Source of the DNA: an uncultured Clostridia bacterium
Lineage (GTDB): Bacteria > Bacillota > Clostridia > TANB77 > CAG-508
Assembly (NCBI GenBank): GCA_947385375.1
Contig: CANDKR010000002.1
Location: forward strand, 76,653-140,652
Direction of reading: 5' to 3'
Length of the DNA: 64,000 nucleotides
Shown here in pieces: positions 31,628 to 42,812 of the stretch (positions are counted from its first letter, which is position 1; each line of letters begins with the position of its first letter). A program made the position numbers and the translations under genes. The notes under the pieces were generated by a model, which ran no database searches, had not been told where the DNA came from, and was given only the letters and a program-made list of their open reading frames with translations.

Positions 31628-32254
31628 ATGAATAATATTTATAGAAAAATATTAGAGAAAGGTTTATTTTATGATGGAGTTTTAGTACTTAAATATCATA
31701 TAGAATATCCGTGTATTGATAGTACTGGAAATTTTGCTTTTAGATTTAATAAGTATAATAAAAATTTGGCATTAGAAATACAAAAGATGGCTGAAACAGA
31801 ATTATATAAAGAGGCTGTTCAAATGTATGAATATAATAAGGCACACAATTATCCTATTATGGTGTATGAAGTATATAGAAATTTTGTTATTACTTATCCA
31901 GGTTTGAATTATTTAAGTTTATATACTGATGAATATATTTTTACAGGTGGAGCTCATGGAAATACAGTTAGGACTTCTCAAACATGGAATTTAGCTAATT
32001 GTACAATGATGAAACTTTGTAATTTCTTTCAAAATAATCCATATTTTTTGATAGATATACTAAAACAGATAAATGCTCAAATATCAAAAGAGCCTGACAT
32101 ATATTTCGATAATGCTTGTAATTTAGTATTAGATACTTTTAATCCTGATAGTTTCTATCTTACTCCAAATGGCATTGTGATTTATTTTCAACAATATGAT
32201 ATTGCTCCATATTCTTCTGGAATACGTGAATTTAATATCAATACGAGAAATTAG
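31628..32254 (+). CDS. DUF4163/DUF3298 (PdaC/RsiV-like) domain protein
   Basis: YIFTGGAHG, FYLT..GIVIYFQQYDIAPYSSG. Confidence 0.85.
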   Translation: MNNIYRKILEKGLFYDGVLVLKYHIEYPCIDSTGNFAFRFNKYNKNLALEIQKMAETELYKEAVQMYEYNKAHNYPIMVYEVYRNFVITYPGLNYLSLYTDEYIFTGGAHGNTVRTSQTWNLANCTMMKLCNFFQNNPYFLIDILKQINAQISKEPDIYFDNACNLVLDTFNPDSFYLTPNGIVIYFQQYDIAPYSSGIREFNINTRN

Positions 32255-32356
32255 AATTAGTACCTATTTTCTTACCATAATGTAAGTTTATTTTAATATA
32301 AATCGATATGAGATATTAAATAAGTGTTTTATAATTTTATAAAAGGAGGACTGGAG

Positions 32357-32836
32357 ATGTTTAAAATGTTGAAATTAATTCTTTTAGGGATAATAATTTT
32401 TGGTTTAATAGTATGTATATTTTTTAATATTGCTGGAAGTCCAAAAGATAAAATTATAAATGCATATGATGCTTTTATTCAGAGTTTTGATGGAGCAGGA
32501 TTAACAAGCACTTGGAAATTACAAGGAAAAAGGAAATATGGAATTGATAATTATGTTGGAAGTTATGTAGCTGATTACGATAATTACTCTGGCACTGAAA
32601 CAATATTTGGCGGAACTGCTCTGCATAGAAAAAATGGTGATCATATTAAATTAAAAATCAAAGTGCTAAAAGAAACAGGTAATATCAAGGTAATTGCAAA
32701 ACTAGGCAATAAGGAATTAACTCTTATAGAAAATACAGGAGAGTATAATGATACTATTTATATTGATGGAATGAGTTATTGTCTTACAATTCAAGCTGAA
32801 AATTTTAAAGGTAGTATTGATATTGTAGCAGAATAA
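32357..32836 (+). CDS. Hypothetical exported protein
   Basis: AAAGGAGG RBS; N-terminal hydrophobic segment. Confidence 0.75.
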   Translation: MFKMLKLILLGIIIFGLIVCIFFNIAGSPKDKIINAYDAFIQSFDGAGLTSTWKLQGKRKYGIDNYVGSYVADYDNYSGTETIFGGTALHRKNGDHIKLKIKVLKETGNIKVIAKLGNKELTLIENTGEYNDTIYIDGMSYCLTIQAENFKGSIDIVAE

Positions 32837-32990
32837 AGTAGTTAAATATGTATTATAGATAATAAAGCGTATAATAATTTAATTTATTATATGCTTTATT
32901 TGTGAAAGAAAGTATTAAATAATTCTAAAAATTTAATAAAATTGTTTCTTTTTTTGAAAATAATGATATAATATTATATAATTATAAAAA

Positions 32991-33263
32991 ATGGAGGAAT
33001 TTAGTTTGGAAATATATGCATATTTTATATTGGGGATTATTTTAGGCTTGGCGATTGCTGTGTATATTTTTGTAGACAGAGAAGAAAAGATACAAAAAGA
33101 AATTGAATTGCAACAAAGGATATTTTCTACAAGAAAACTAAACGAGGCTTTAGACAAAGCAGTCAAGATAATGCAATCACGCATAGCTACATTAAATAGA
33201 GAGCTTACAGAAGAAGAAAAAGATAATATTATCTATGACTGTTATGTAACAAATGATAAATAA
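32991..33263 (+). CDS. Small membrane-anchored hypothetical protein
   Basis: 90 aa; N-terminal TM then coiled-coil. Confidence 0.65.
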   Translation: MEEFSLEIYAYFILGIILGLAIAVYIFVDREEKIQKEIELQQRIFSTRKLNEALDKAVKIMQSRIATLNRELTEEEKDNIIYDCYVTNDK

Positions 33264-33278
33264 GAAGAGGGTAAATCT

Positions 33279-33818
33279 ATGGAGTTATTATTAGAAGCTA
33301 GAAAAGGTAATAAGGAAGCTTTTAAAGCAATTACCGAAGATTTAGAAATTAAAATGTATAAGACTGCAAGATGCTATTTTACACTAGAAGAAGATGTTAT
33401 TAAAGTTATGCAAATTTCTTTAAAACATTTATTTAAAGAAATAATCAATGTACGAAAAGAAGAACAACTACTTCCACTTGCTATGAAGTTTTTGATTAAA
33501 CACTGCGAAGAAATTTATCTGAAAAAAAGCAGAAATACAAAATGGCTTGATTATCTTAAGGATGATGATAATTCTAAAGCGATAGAATATAGAGAATATA
33601 GAGCAAATTCTATCACAGAAGAATGTATTACATCATTAACTAAAGATTTAAGGCTAATTTCTGTACTTTACTATTATGACGGTCTTGATGTACACCAAAT
33701 AGCTACACTTTTGAAGAAATCTTCAAAAGATGTTGAAGCTGTTATAGATGTAGCAAGAAACAGATTATTTGAAATTATTTCAGATGAAGGGACGAAGAAA
33801 TACAATGATTATGTCTAA
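33279..33818 (+). CDS. Divergent ECF-type sigma factor
   Basis: ARKGNKEAF start; region-4-like LYYYDGL...QIATLL.....V......AR. Confidence 0.7.
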   Translation: MELLLEARKGNKEAFKAITEDLEIKMYKTARCYFTLEEDVIKVMQISLKHLFKEIINVRKEEQLLPLAMKFLIKHCEEIYLKKSRNTKWLDYLKDDDNSKAIEYREYRANSITEECITSLTKDLRLISVLYYYDGLDVHQIATLLKKSSKDVEAVIDVARNRLFEIISDEGTKKYNDYV

Positions 33819-34890
33819 TAATGAAAAAGATGAATTTATAAAGCAAAAATTCGCAGAAGATAAACTAATGGTAAGTAGAGAACAAGTTGGTGTTCAAATT
33901 AAAAATGATATTGATGTAAGCAAGATTAGAATAAGAAAACATACTTATTTAGAAAGATATTTGATGGTACTTTTAGTAGTACTATTATTGATTTCTGTTT
34001 TTTGTAATATATATTTGATTAAAAACAGAAATGCAAATCCAGAGCTTAAAAATAATGGATTAGCAGACGAATATACACCTAAAAATTTAATATTTGATGT
34101 TGATCCTATTATTAATAAAATAGAAGAAAATAGAGCTATGCAAAATACTACTGTTGTAGATTTAGATACAGACGAAGATGACGAGCTTCCAGCAGATGAT
34201 GAGAAAGAAGAAGAAGAGTCTACACCGCCAAAAACAGTTGAGGATACTCCAAGTTCACATGAAATAGATGAAGAAGTTATCGAGAAAGAACTTACGCAAT
34301 ACGCTATAACTATTGGTAGATATGGTGATGACGCTAGTGATTTAGAAAAAAATACTATGCTACTTTTAATAGCAAATGATTTTTTCAATAATAGTGTTTC
34401 AAAAAGTACAGGACTTGAACTTTCTTCAAATGGCAAATATGCCATGACAGGAAAAAATGTTCATAAATTTGTTGAAGAATTAACAGGTACGAAAGTTAAT
34501 GGTTACTTACAATCTTTTACAAATTATATGAAGTATAATGTAAATTCAAAATTCTATTCAGCAGGTGTTGATTCGACAAAATTAAATGAAGAAAAATATG
34601 AAATAACATCAATGAAAGTTACAGAAGGCAGCACAGCTGGAGAATATAAAGTTATAGGTAATATAAATAAAAAATCACAAATAGAAATTGTGGAAAAAGC
34701 CAATACAAGAGTTGAAGATATAGAAGCAAATTACTCTTTTGAAGCAACTTTGGTAGAAAATAGTAATTACACTTATGTTCAATATCAAATTAAAGATTTT
34801 GTAACAGAATTAAGACCAGGAGACGAAGACAATATCATTAGATTAGTTGGTATTACTGAACAAGCAGAGGAAAATGCAAAAAAGAAATAA
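33811..34890 (+). CDS. Putative anti-sigma membrane protein
   Basis: Overlaps the sigma gene stop; single TM; acidic linker; extracellular domain. Confidence 0.6.
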   Translation: MSNNEKDEFIKQKFAEDKLMVSREQVGVQIKNDIDVSKIRIRKHTYLERYLMVLLVVLLLISVFCNIYLIKNRNANPELKNNGLADEYTPKNLIFDVDPIINKIEENRAMQNTTVVDLDTDEDDELPADDEKEEEESTPPKTVEDTPSSHEIDEEVIEKELTQYAITIGRYGDDASDLEKNTMLLLIANDFFNNSVSKSTGLELSSNGKYAMTGKNVHKFVEELTGTKVNGYLQSFTNYMKYNVNSKFYSAGVDSTKLNEEKYEITSMKVTEGSTAGEYKVIGNINKKSQIEIVEKANTRVEDIEANYSFEATLVENSNYTYVQYQIKDFVTELRPGDEDNIIRLVGITEQAEENAKKK

Positions 34891-34991
34891 TCTTAAGAAA
34901 TATTAAATTTTTGTAAATGTACTAGACAAAAATTTCAATATTAGTTACAATAGATATTGTCGAAAAAAAGAAAAAAGAGGTATGAAAAATA

Positions 34992-36140
34992 ATGGAAAAA
35001 GAAACTAACAAAAGACCTGCTACAAAACCAAGTAGTAGCAATAGTAATAATAGAAAGAAAAAACAAGGTAAAGGAAATGGTGGAAAAGTAAAAACTGTAT
35101 TTACAGTATTATTTATATTAGGAACTATTGGAATATTTTCAGTATTATTCTTATTATATGGACCATTTTCAGCTTTTAGAGATTGGTATATAACAACAGC
35201 TATGACAACAATGACACATCAATACTTAGCAACTTGGTTTTTTGATGATGATGTAATAGAGCACGTATTAAATAACAACCAAATCATTGAAACAGATAAA
35301 ATTTCAAACCCAGATTTGATTGACAAGAGTTTAGCAAACAAGACTACATACGAAAATGAATATGAAAGACAAATATTAGAACGTGATGAAAAAAATAATG
35401 ATTATAAAATCATTGAAATAAAAGGTAAAGGATATTCAGGATATTTAGTTGCTATATACGAGCCAGAAAGAATTAAAACAGTTGTAACTAAAAAACTAGG
35501 AACATCAGGACAATACTTAACAAAAATGGCAGCAGACAATGATGCTTTAATTGCTATTAATGGTGGTGGATTTGATGATCCAAACTTTAATAGTACAGGT
35601 GGTTCACCACTTGGATTAACAATTTGTAGTGGAAAAGAAGCTACATCAAAATCTTATTCTGGTGCCGGTGGAATTATCGGATTTGATAAAGATGATAGAT
35701 TACTTTTAGGAAAAATGACAACATCACAAGTAACAAAAGCAAATATTCGTGATTGTGTTACTTTCGGACCATTCTTAATAGTAGATGGTGTTCCATCTAA
35801 AGTTTTAGGTAATGGTGGTTGGGGTTCTGCTCCAAGATCAGCAATTGGACAAAGAAAAGATGGTATTGTACTATTCTTAGTTGTAGATGGAAGAACAGTT
35901 ACAAGACCAGGTGCTGATATGGACGACTTAATAGAAGTTATGCAAAGATATGGTGCTATAAATGCTGCTAACTTAGATGGTGGTACATCAAGCGTATTAG
36001 TAGTAAATGATACAATTGTAAATGACCCAATTGATAGCACAGGTGCCCATAAGACAAGACCTATTGCAACAGGATTTGTACTTACAAAAGACGATAGTGA
36101 TGACGGTGATCGCACATTAGTAGAAGATAAATTAAAATAA
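34992..36140 (+). CDS. Phosphodiester glycosidase (NAGPA/DUF2233) family protein
   Basis: TAMTT.THQYLA, AINGGGF, FGPFLI, PRSAIGQ, VDGR, NLDGGTS. Confidence 0.9.
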   Translation: MEKETNKRPATKPSSSNSNNRKKKQGKGNGGKVKTVFTVLFILGTIGIFSVLFLLYGPFSAFRDWYITTAMTTMTHQYLATWFFDDDVIEHVLNNNQIIETDKISNPDLIDKSLANKTTYENEYERQILERDEKNNDYKIIEIKGKGYSGYLVAIYEPERIKTVVTKKLGTSGQYLTKMAADNDALIAINGGGFDDPNFNSTGGSPLGLTICSGKEATSKSYSGAGGIIGFDKDDRLLLGKMTTSQVTKANIRDCVTFGPFLIVDGVPSKVLGNGGWGSAPRSAIGQRKDGIVLFLVVDGRTVTRPGADMDDLIEVMQRYGAINAANLDGGTSSVLVVNDTIVNDPIDSTGAHKTRPIATGFVLTKDDSDDGDRTLVEDKLK

Positions 36141-36238
36141 ATTTTAGCTCTGGATTTTTCCAGAGCTTTTCTATTGATTTATGAAATGATATATAATATA
36201 ATGTGAAAGGAAAAATAATAATATAAAAAGGAAAAAAT

Positions 36239-37819
36239 ATGTCAGATTTTAGACTTGCAAAAAATAAGAACATAGTGAAAATGTTTAGAAGAGATAATAC
36301 TTTATTCATTTACGTAATAATGGTAGCAATAGCTATTGGTATAGTTTTAGCTAGCTTTTTTGCGTTTTATAGAAATCATATAAACAGCAATACTATCCAA
36401 TCTGGTGTATTTATTAAAGGTACAAACGTATCTGGACTTACTAAAGCTGAGGCTTGTAAAAAAATAGAGGAAAACTTAAAAAGTCAAATGAATGAATGTA
36501 TAGTCCTTACTTATAAGAACTATAATTATAATGTAGCAATTGAACAAATTGAAGCAGAATTTGATGTTGAGGCTTCTGTGGACTTTGCATATAATATAGC
36601 AAGAACAGGTTCATTAATGCAAAATGTTAAAGATTATATTGCAGTACTTATGACACATATAGATATTGACCCAATTTTGAAATATAATGAACAAGCTCTT
36701 AGAGATTATATAGTAGATATTGAAGCCAAGTTACCAGACCAATTAGAACAAAGTAGTTATTACTTAGAAGATGATGACGAGCTTATCATAACAAATGGTG
36801 TAAATGGAGCAGGAATATATGTTGAAGATTTAGAAAAAACTATACTATCAGCACTTCAAGATATAAGTTATAGTCATCAATATATTGAAATTCCAACCTA
36901 TGTAAAATATCCTGACCCTATTGATGTAGAAAGTATCCATGACGATATTTATGTTGAAACACAAGACGCATATTTTATGAAAGAGCCAGAATATATGGTA
37001 TATCCACATGTGGTAGGTGTAGATTTTAATGTAGGTGCTGTTCAAGAATATATTAACGAAAACCCTGATTTTACAGATTATAAAATATCTTTGACATTAA
37101 CTAAGCCAGAGGTACTTACAGATGATATAGGAATGGAAGCTTTTCCACACAGACTTGCAAGCTATACAACAGAATATGTAAATAACCCTAACAGAACAAC
37201 AAACTTAAGGCTTGCCTCTAATAAGATAGACGGTACAGTTATAATGCCTGGAGATGTGTTTTCTTTTAACAAAGTTGTAGGAAAAAGGACAAGAGCAGCG
37301 GGATATAAGGACGCAGCTATTTTCCAAGATGGAGGCGTAACAGATGGACTAGCTGGTGGTATTTGTCAAATTTCTAGTACTTTATATAATGCAGCTCTTT
37401 ATGCAGATATGACAATGACTTCAAGAAGGAATCATATGTTTATACCATCTTATGTAGAAGGCGGAAGAGACGCAACAGTTGTATGGGGTTCAACGGATTT
37501 TAGATTTAGAAACGATAGAAATTATCCAATAAAAATAGAGTCTAGTGTAGAAAATGGAGAAGCAACAATTTCTATTTATGGTTTAAGAAGAGAGACGGAA
37601 TACGATATTTCAATTGAAACATCCAAAGTAAGAACTATCAAATACTCAACTGAATATAAGAAAAAATCAGGATATTCAAGTGGAGAAGTGATTCAAGGTG
37701 GAGTAAATGGTTCTGTTTGGGATTCTTGGAGAGTTTATAAACAAGATGGACAAGTAGTAAAGAAAGAAAAATTATATCGTGACACATATAGTGCACAAAA
37801 CAGAATTATTGCAAAATAG
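36239..37819 (+). CDS. VanW/YoaR family protein with peptidoglycan-binding and G5-like regions
   Basis: R..NL, FSFN.VVG.RT, GGICQISSTLYNA, GRDATV. Confidence 0.9.
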   Translation: MSDFRLAKNKNIVKMFRRDNTLFIYVIMVAIAIGIVLASFFAFYRNHINSNTIQSGVFIKGTNVSGLTKAEACKKIEENLKSQMNECIVLTYKNYNYNVAIEQIEAEFDVEASVDFAYNIARTGSLMQNVKDYIAVLMTHIDIDPILKYNEQALRDYIVDIEAKLPDQLEQSSYYLEDDDELIITNGVNGAGIYVEDLEKTILSALQDISYSHQYIEIPTYVKYPDPIDVESIHDDIYVETQDAYFMKEPEYMVYPHVVGVDFNVGAVQEYINENPDFTDYKISLTLTKPEVLTDDIGMEAFPHRLASYTTEYVNNPNRTTNLRLASNKIDGTVIMPGDVFSFNKVVGKRTRAAGYKDAAIFQDGGVTDGLAGGICQISSTLYNAALYADMTMTSRRNHMFIPSYVEGGRDATVVWGSTDFRFRNDRNYPIKIESSVENGEATISIYGLRRETEYDISIETSKVRTIKYSTEYKKKSGYSSGEVIQGGVNGSVWDSWRVYKQDGQVVKKEKLYRDTYSAQNRIIAK

Positions 37820-37829
37820 AGGAAAAACA

Positions 37830-38495
37830 ATGAGAATTAGAAGAAAGAAATGGGCTGAAAAAGAGCTACAAGAAGCAAAATTTTATATTGATAAACCTGA
37901 AGTAAATAAAGGAAAATGGAATAAGTATTTTTCTAAAGAGCAACCAATATATGTTGAACTTGGCTGTGGAAAAGGCATTTTTATAGCAACTTTAGCTAAG
38001 AAACATAACAATATAAATTACATTGCAGTCGATATGATAGAAGCAATGCTTGGGCTTTCAAAGCGAAATATAGAAGAAGCATATAATTTTGAATACCCAG
38101 AAAACTTAGCGTTAATTAGAGCAAATGTGGAACTTATAGACAATGTTTTTGGTGATGGAGATAAAGTAGATAGAATTTATATTAACTTCTGTAATCCTTG
38201 GCCAAAAGCTAAACATAATAAAAGAAGATTAACACACACAAGGCAGTTAGAAAAATATAAAACTTTCTTAAAAGAAAATGGAGAAATTTATTTTAAGACA
38301 GATGATGACGAGCTTTTTGAAGCAAGTTTAGAATATTTTAAAGAAGCTGGATTTAAAATAGATAAAATAACGTACGACCTTCATAAAGAAGCAATTTTTG
38401 AAGAAAATATTGAAACAGAACATGAAAAAATGTTTTCAGCAGAAGGTATTAAAATAAAGGCATTAATTGCTGTGAATAACCTTACAAAATCTTAA
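37830..38495 (+). CDS. trmB: tRNA (guanine-N7)-methyltransferase
   Basis: MRIRRK, ELGCGKG, NFCNPWPK.KH.KRRLT, FKTDD, TEHE. Confidence 0.95.
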   Translation: MRIRRKKWAEKELQEAKFYIDKPEVNKGKWNKYFSKEQPIYVELGCGKGIFIATLAKKHNNINYIAVDMIEAMLGLSKRNIEEAYNFEYPENLALIRANVELIDNVFGDGDKVDRIYINFCNPWPKAKHNKRRLTHTRQLEKYKTFLKENGEIYFKTDDDELFEASLEYFKEAGFKIDKITYDLHKEAIFEENIETEHEKMFSAEGIKIKALIAVNNLTKS

Positions 38496-38560
38496 GATTA
38501 TTTTAAGGTTATACATATACAATTCAAATAGATTAAAAATATATAAGGAGGACTAGAGCT

Positions 38561-39706
38561 TTGATAGAAGTAAAAAATGTCAGTAAAAAGTATGGTAAGT
38601 TTTATGCTGTAAGAGACATAAGCTTTACAATCAAAGAAGGCGAAATAGTAGGCTTTTTAGGACGTAATGGTGCTGGTAAATCAACAACTATGAATATGAT
38701 TACTGGTTTCATTGAGCCTAGCGAAGGTACTATTATCGTAAATGGCTATGATGTAGACAGAAAGCCAAAAAAAGTAAAGGAACAAATTGGTTATATGCCA
38801 GAAGGGACACCACTTTACTATGATTTAACAGTAAAAGAGTTTGTTAGTTATATGGCAGAACTTAAATTAATTCCTAGAAAAGAGCGTAAAGCAGCAGTAG
38901 CTAAAGCCATCGAAGAAACTGGCTTAGAAAAAGTTCAAAACAAATTAACTAAAAATTTATCAAGAGGTTACAAACAGAGGGTAAGTATGGCAGGTGCAAT
39001 TGTTGGTGACCCTAAAATACTAATTTTAGATGAACCTACAGTAGGACTAGACCCTAAACAAGTAATCGAAATAAGAGAACTTATTAAGTCTTTCAGAAAA
39101 AATCACACAGTTATCTTAAGTTCACACATACTTTCAGAAGTTAGCCAAATCTGTGAGAAAGTCATTATCATAGATAAGGGAGAGGTAGTCGCAGTCGATA
39201 CACCTAATAATCTTGAGAAAGAGGCAGTAGGTGATAAGGAAATTTTAAGACTAACTGTTGAAGACGAAAATGACAAATTTGAAACTATCAAGGAGTCTAT
39301 TTCTAATATTAAAGAGATTAAGTTTGTCAGAACAAATGATGATAAATCAAAAGAATATGTTATAGAAACAAATTCAGATGAAGATATTAGAAAAGTTATG
39401 TTTAGTAAATGTGCTGAACTTGGAGTTGTTATTTTAGAAATGAAGAAAGATACAGCTTCATTAGAAGATGCGTTTATTAAAATCGTTGAAGATAGACCAG
39501 AATATAGCGAAAAAGAAATTGAAAAACAAGAATATGAAAAAGAACTTGAAGGGTTAAGACAAGAACTTACAGAAAAGAAAGAAGAAAAAGAGTTTAGAAA
39601 ACAAGCTAAAAAAGAAGAAAAGGCTCGTAAGAAAGCTCAAAAAGAAGAGAGAAAAGCTAGTAAAGAGGCTAGTAAAGAAGAAAACAAAGAAGGAGGAGAT
39701 AAATAA
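38561..39706 (+). CDS. ABC ATPase (GldA-like) with K/E-rich tail
   Basis: GRNGAGKST, LSRGYKQR, LDEPTVGLDP, SSHILSEV. Confidence 0.92.
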   Translation: MIEVKNVSKKYGKFYAVRDISFTIKEGEIVGFLGRNGAGKSTTMNMITGFIEPSEGTIIVNGYDVDRKPKKVKEQIGYMPEGTPLYYDLTVKEFVSYMAELKLIPRKERKAAVAKAIEETGLEKVQNKLTKNLSRGYKQRVSMAGAIVGDPKILILDEPTVGLDPKQVIEIRELIKSFRKNHTVILSSHILSEVSQICEKVIIIDKGEVVAVDTPNNLEKEAVGDKEILRLTVEDENDKFETIKESISNIKEIKFVRTNDDKSKEYVIETNSDEDIRKVMFSKCAELGVVILEMKKDTASLEDAFIKIVEDRPEYSEKEIEKQEYEKELEGLRQELTEKKEEKEFRKQAKKEEKARKKAQKEERKASKEASKEENKEGGDK

Positions 39707-40386
39707 TGTTAGCAATACTAAAAAAAGAATTTAAAAGTTATTTACTATCTCCGATAGGATATATATTTGTAGGATTATTTATCCTTATGTTTAGTATATT
39801 TTTTATGGTAACAAAATTTAATTATTCAGTATTAAATTTTGAGTACCTATTTTACAATGGTGCTACAATTCTTACTTTTATAACACCAGTGCTTACAATG
39901 AGAATGTTCTCAGAAGAAAGAAAAAATGGTACAGAGCAACTTATACTTACTTCTCCAAGAAGTATTACATCAGTAGTACTTGGAAAGTTTTTTGCAGCAG
40001 CTCTTATAATGCTTATAACAGAAGCACTTACATTTATGTATTTTGGAATACTTAAATATTTTGGTGATCCATCAATAATGGTGGCACTTTCAACACTTGG
40101 AGGATTCTTCCTATTAGCACTTGCATATATTTCTTTTGGTATGTTTGCTTCAAGCTTAACAGAAAATCAAATTATTGCTTGTGTATTAACAATAGGTGTA
40201 TTTATAGCAATGTGGTTTTTACCAAACTTAGTGCCAGCATTAGCACCATTTTCATTAATTAATATGTTTGATAAATTCCCATCAGGAGTTATTTCAATAA
40301 CAGAAGTGATTACTTATATAACATTCACAATATTGTGTGTATTACTTACAATTATTGTGTTACAAAGAAGAAAAAGCGTAAAATAG
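39706..40386 (+). CDS. ABC-2 permease (GldF-like)
   Basis: KKEFKSY..SPIGY, TMRMFSEERKNGT, SSLTENQ. Confidence 0.88.
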   Translation: MLAILKKEFKSYLLSPIGYIFVGLFILMFSIFFMVTKFNYSVLNFEYLFYNGATILTFITPVLTMRMFSEERKNGTEQLILTSPRSITSVVLGKFFAAALIMLITEALTFMYFGILKYFGDPSIMVALSTLGGFFLLALAYISFGMFASSLTENQIIACVLTIGVFIAMWFLPNLVPALAPFSLINMFDKFPSGVISITEVITYITFTILCVLLTIIVLQRRKSVK

Positions 40387-40399
40387 GAGGAAAGTTTAA

Positions 40400-41947
40400 A
40401 TGAATGATAATGAAGAAAAAGCTATTATTGAAAAGCCAAAGCCAAAGAAAAGCATAAAAGAAACGATAACTCTTATGATACGTAAAAGATGGCTTACTAG
40501 TACTACACAAACTTTGATTTTAGTATTTGTGTTATGTGCAGCTTTTCTAGCAATAAATTTATATTGCCAAAGTATAGAATTGCCTGAAATAGATGTTACA
40601 GAAAATAAAATTTATACTTTGTCAGATAGTTCAAAAGATGCAATTAAGAAAATAAATAAAGATGTAAAAATATATGCTTATGGTTATGAAGAAAATGCTA
40701 ATTTAATTTCATTAATAAAACAATATATTGCTGAAAATAATCATATTAGCTATGAGCTTCTTTCAGAAGAATCAAATCTTGCAAAAGTTCAAGAATATGA
40801 ACTAAGTCAAGGATATCAAATAGTAATCTTAGAATCAGGAGAGTCTAAGAAGGTTATAGATGCTTCTTATGAATTCTATTCTTATGATTATGAAATTGGT
40901 CAAAAGGTAGATTTAACAGAGCAAACTCTTACTAATTCATTACTTGGAATTACAGCAGATGTAAAACCAAAAGTATATTTTACAACAGGACATACAGAAT
41001 ATGATTTACAAGGTGAGCTTGGAGTATTATCTACTTATTTAACTAACGAGTCATATCAGCCAGAAGCACTTAACTTATTAACAGCTGGAAGTATCCCAGA
41101 AGATTGTAATTTATTAGTTATAATGTCACCAGTTAAAGACTTTATGGAAGCAGAAGTAAATGCAATTTTAGATTATATTAATAAAGGTGGAAATATAGTT
41201 ATTACTTCTGATGTTGGAAATTTAGATGAAAGCTATGCAAATTTATCTAAAATATATGAAGCCTATGGTGTAACAATGGACAACAAAGGATATGTTTATG
41301 AGACAGAAGCAGGAAGAACAGCAGCAAATTATCCAAATATCTTTACACCAGTTATTGTACCAGGAAATGAAATTACAGAAGATATTTATTCATCAAATGG
41401 TGGCTTATGGTTAATATATGCAGGTAGATTAAAATTCAAAACAGAAGAAGAATTAGCAGCAATGAATGTAACAAGACAAGATTTATTAACATCATCTGAA
41501 AATGCAATGTTTGTTAATGATATTTCACAAGATGTTACAGCCGCTGCTCAGTCTGCTGAAAAGGGACAATCAACAATTGCTTCATTGTTGACAAAAACTA
41601 TAACACCAGCAACAGAAAAGACAGAAACAGAGGAAGCAAAAGAAGCAGTAGAATCAAAATTGGTAATTATTGCAAATTCAAGCTTTATAACAGATTATAA
41701 AGTAGAGCAATTAGATTCAAACTATCCAGTGTCTTACTTAGGTAATAACAAAGACTTTATGTTAAACTCAATTTCAGCTTTAACAGATAGAGAAGATACT
41801 ATCAAAATAAGAAAAGATATGTCAACATCAACATATCAACCAACACAAGAAGAACATACAGTAGTTGTTATAATTATATTTGCAGTACCAGTTATAATTA
41901 TCTTAGCAGGTATTATAGTATGGAATATTAGAAGAAGAAAAAGATAA
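40400..41947 (+). CDS. GldG-like ABC auxiliary component
   Basis: DVTENKIYTLS, VYFTTGH.E, NKDF.LN; N- and C-terminal TM segments. Confidence 0.85.
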   Translation: MNDNEEKAIIEKPKPKKSIKETITLMIRKRWLTSTTQTLILVFVLCAAFLAINLYCQSIELPEIDVTENKIYTLSDSSKDAIKKINKDVKIYAYGYEENANLISLIKQYIAENNHISYELLSEESNLAKVQEYELSQGYQIVILESGESKKVIDASYEFYSYDYEIGQKVDLTEQTLTNSLLGITADVKPKVYFTTGHTEYDLQGELGVLSTYLTNESYQPEALNLLTAGSIPEDCNLLVIMSPVKDFMEAEVNAILDYINKGGNIVITSDVGNLDESYANLSKIYEAYGVTMDNKGYVYETEAGRTAANYPNIFTPVIVPGNEITEDIYSSNGGLWLIYAGRLKFKTEEELAAMNVTRQDLLTSSENAMFVNDISQDVTAAAQSAEKGQSTIASLLTKTITPATEKTETEEAKEAVESKLVIIANSSFITDYKVEQLDSNYPVSYLGNNKDFMLNSISALTDREDTIKIRKDMSTSTYQPTQEEHTVVVIIIFAVPVIIILAGIIVWNIRRRKR

Positions 41948-42008
41948 TTAACATAAAATGTAACATTTTTAATAGAAAAAGCATTAAATAGCTATGAGGT
42001 GAAAGAAA

Positions 42009-42743
42009 ATGAATAATCACTTTATAGCTATTTTTGTCGGAGTAATTATGCCATTTATTGGAACAACTCTTGGAGCTTGTGTTGTATTATTATTTAAAAA
42101 CAAAATAAATGAAAAATTTAATAAAGTATTTTTAGGTTTCAGTAGTGGAGTAATGATTGCAGCATCTTGTTGGTCACTTATTATCCCATCGATTGAGATG
42201 GCAGAAGAGCAGGGGATAATAGCATGGCTGCCAGCTTGTATAGGAATTTTAATAGGAAGTTTTTTCATACCTATTTGCGATAAATTTATTAAGTACCAAA
42301 AAGATAATTTATACTTAGCAATCACTCTTCATAATATACCAGAAGGAATTGCAGTAGGTGTTGCGCTTGCTAGTGCTTTATATGGCGATTTTGAAACAGC
42401 GATTATACCAGCACTTATACTTAGTATGGGAATTGCAATACAAAATTTTCCAGAAGGTGCAGCTGTATCTTTACCACTTAGAAGTAGAGGAATGAGTGTA
42501 AAAAAAGCTTTTGGTTTAGGAGTTCTTTCAGGAGTAGTTGAGCCAATTGCGTCTTGTATAACTTTAGCATTTTCGTTTATTCTAGAACCAATGTTACCAT
42601 ATCTTTTAGCTTTTGCAGCAGGTGCTATGATTTTTGTAGTAGTAGAAGAATTAGTGCCAGCCTTTAAAGGAGAAAAGTTAGGTACTTATGCACTTGTAAT
42701 TGGTTTTATAATAATGATGATATTAGATGTAGCTTTGGGATAA
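42009..42743 (+). CDS. ZIP family metal transporter (ZupT/GufA)
   Basis: GVMIAAS.WSL, LHNIPEG.AVGV, IQNFPEG, AAGAMIFVV.EEL.P. Confidence 0.93.
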   Translation: MNNHFIAIFVGVIMPFIGTTLGACVVLLFKNKINEKFNKVFLGFSSGVMIAASCWSLIIPSIEMAEEQGIIAWLPACIGILIGSFFIPICDKFIKYQKDNLYLAITLHNIPEGIAVGVALASALYGDFETAIIPALILSMGIAIQNFPEGAAVSLPLRSRGMSVKKAFGLGVLSGVVEPIASCITLAFSFILEPMLPYLLAFAAGAMIFVVVEELVPAFKGEKLGTYALVIGFIIMMILDVALG

Positions 42744-42750
42744 AAGATAC

Positions 42751-42779
42751 TTGACAATCGTATTAAAAATATGTATAAT
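42751..42779 (+). promoter_or_regulatory. Consensus sigma-A promoter upstream of the purA leader
   Basis: TTGACA-17 nt-TATAAT. Confidence 0.85.
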
Positions 42780-42812
42780 AATAATGTATTTTTTGTTAAG
42801 GCAGGATTTATT

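Noticed and set aside
39480-39706. K/E-rich low-complexity tail of the ABC ATPase as a repeat element
   Set aside because: In-frame charged helical extension, not a DNA repeat.
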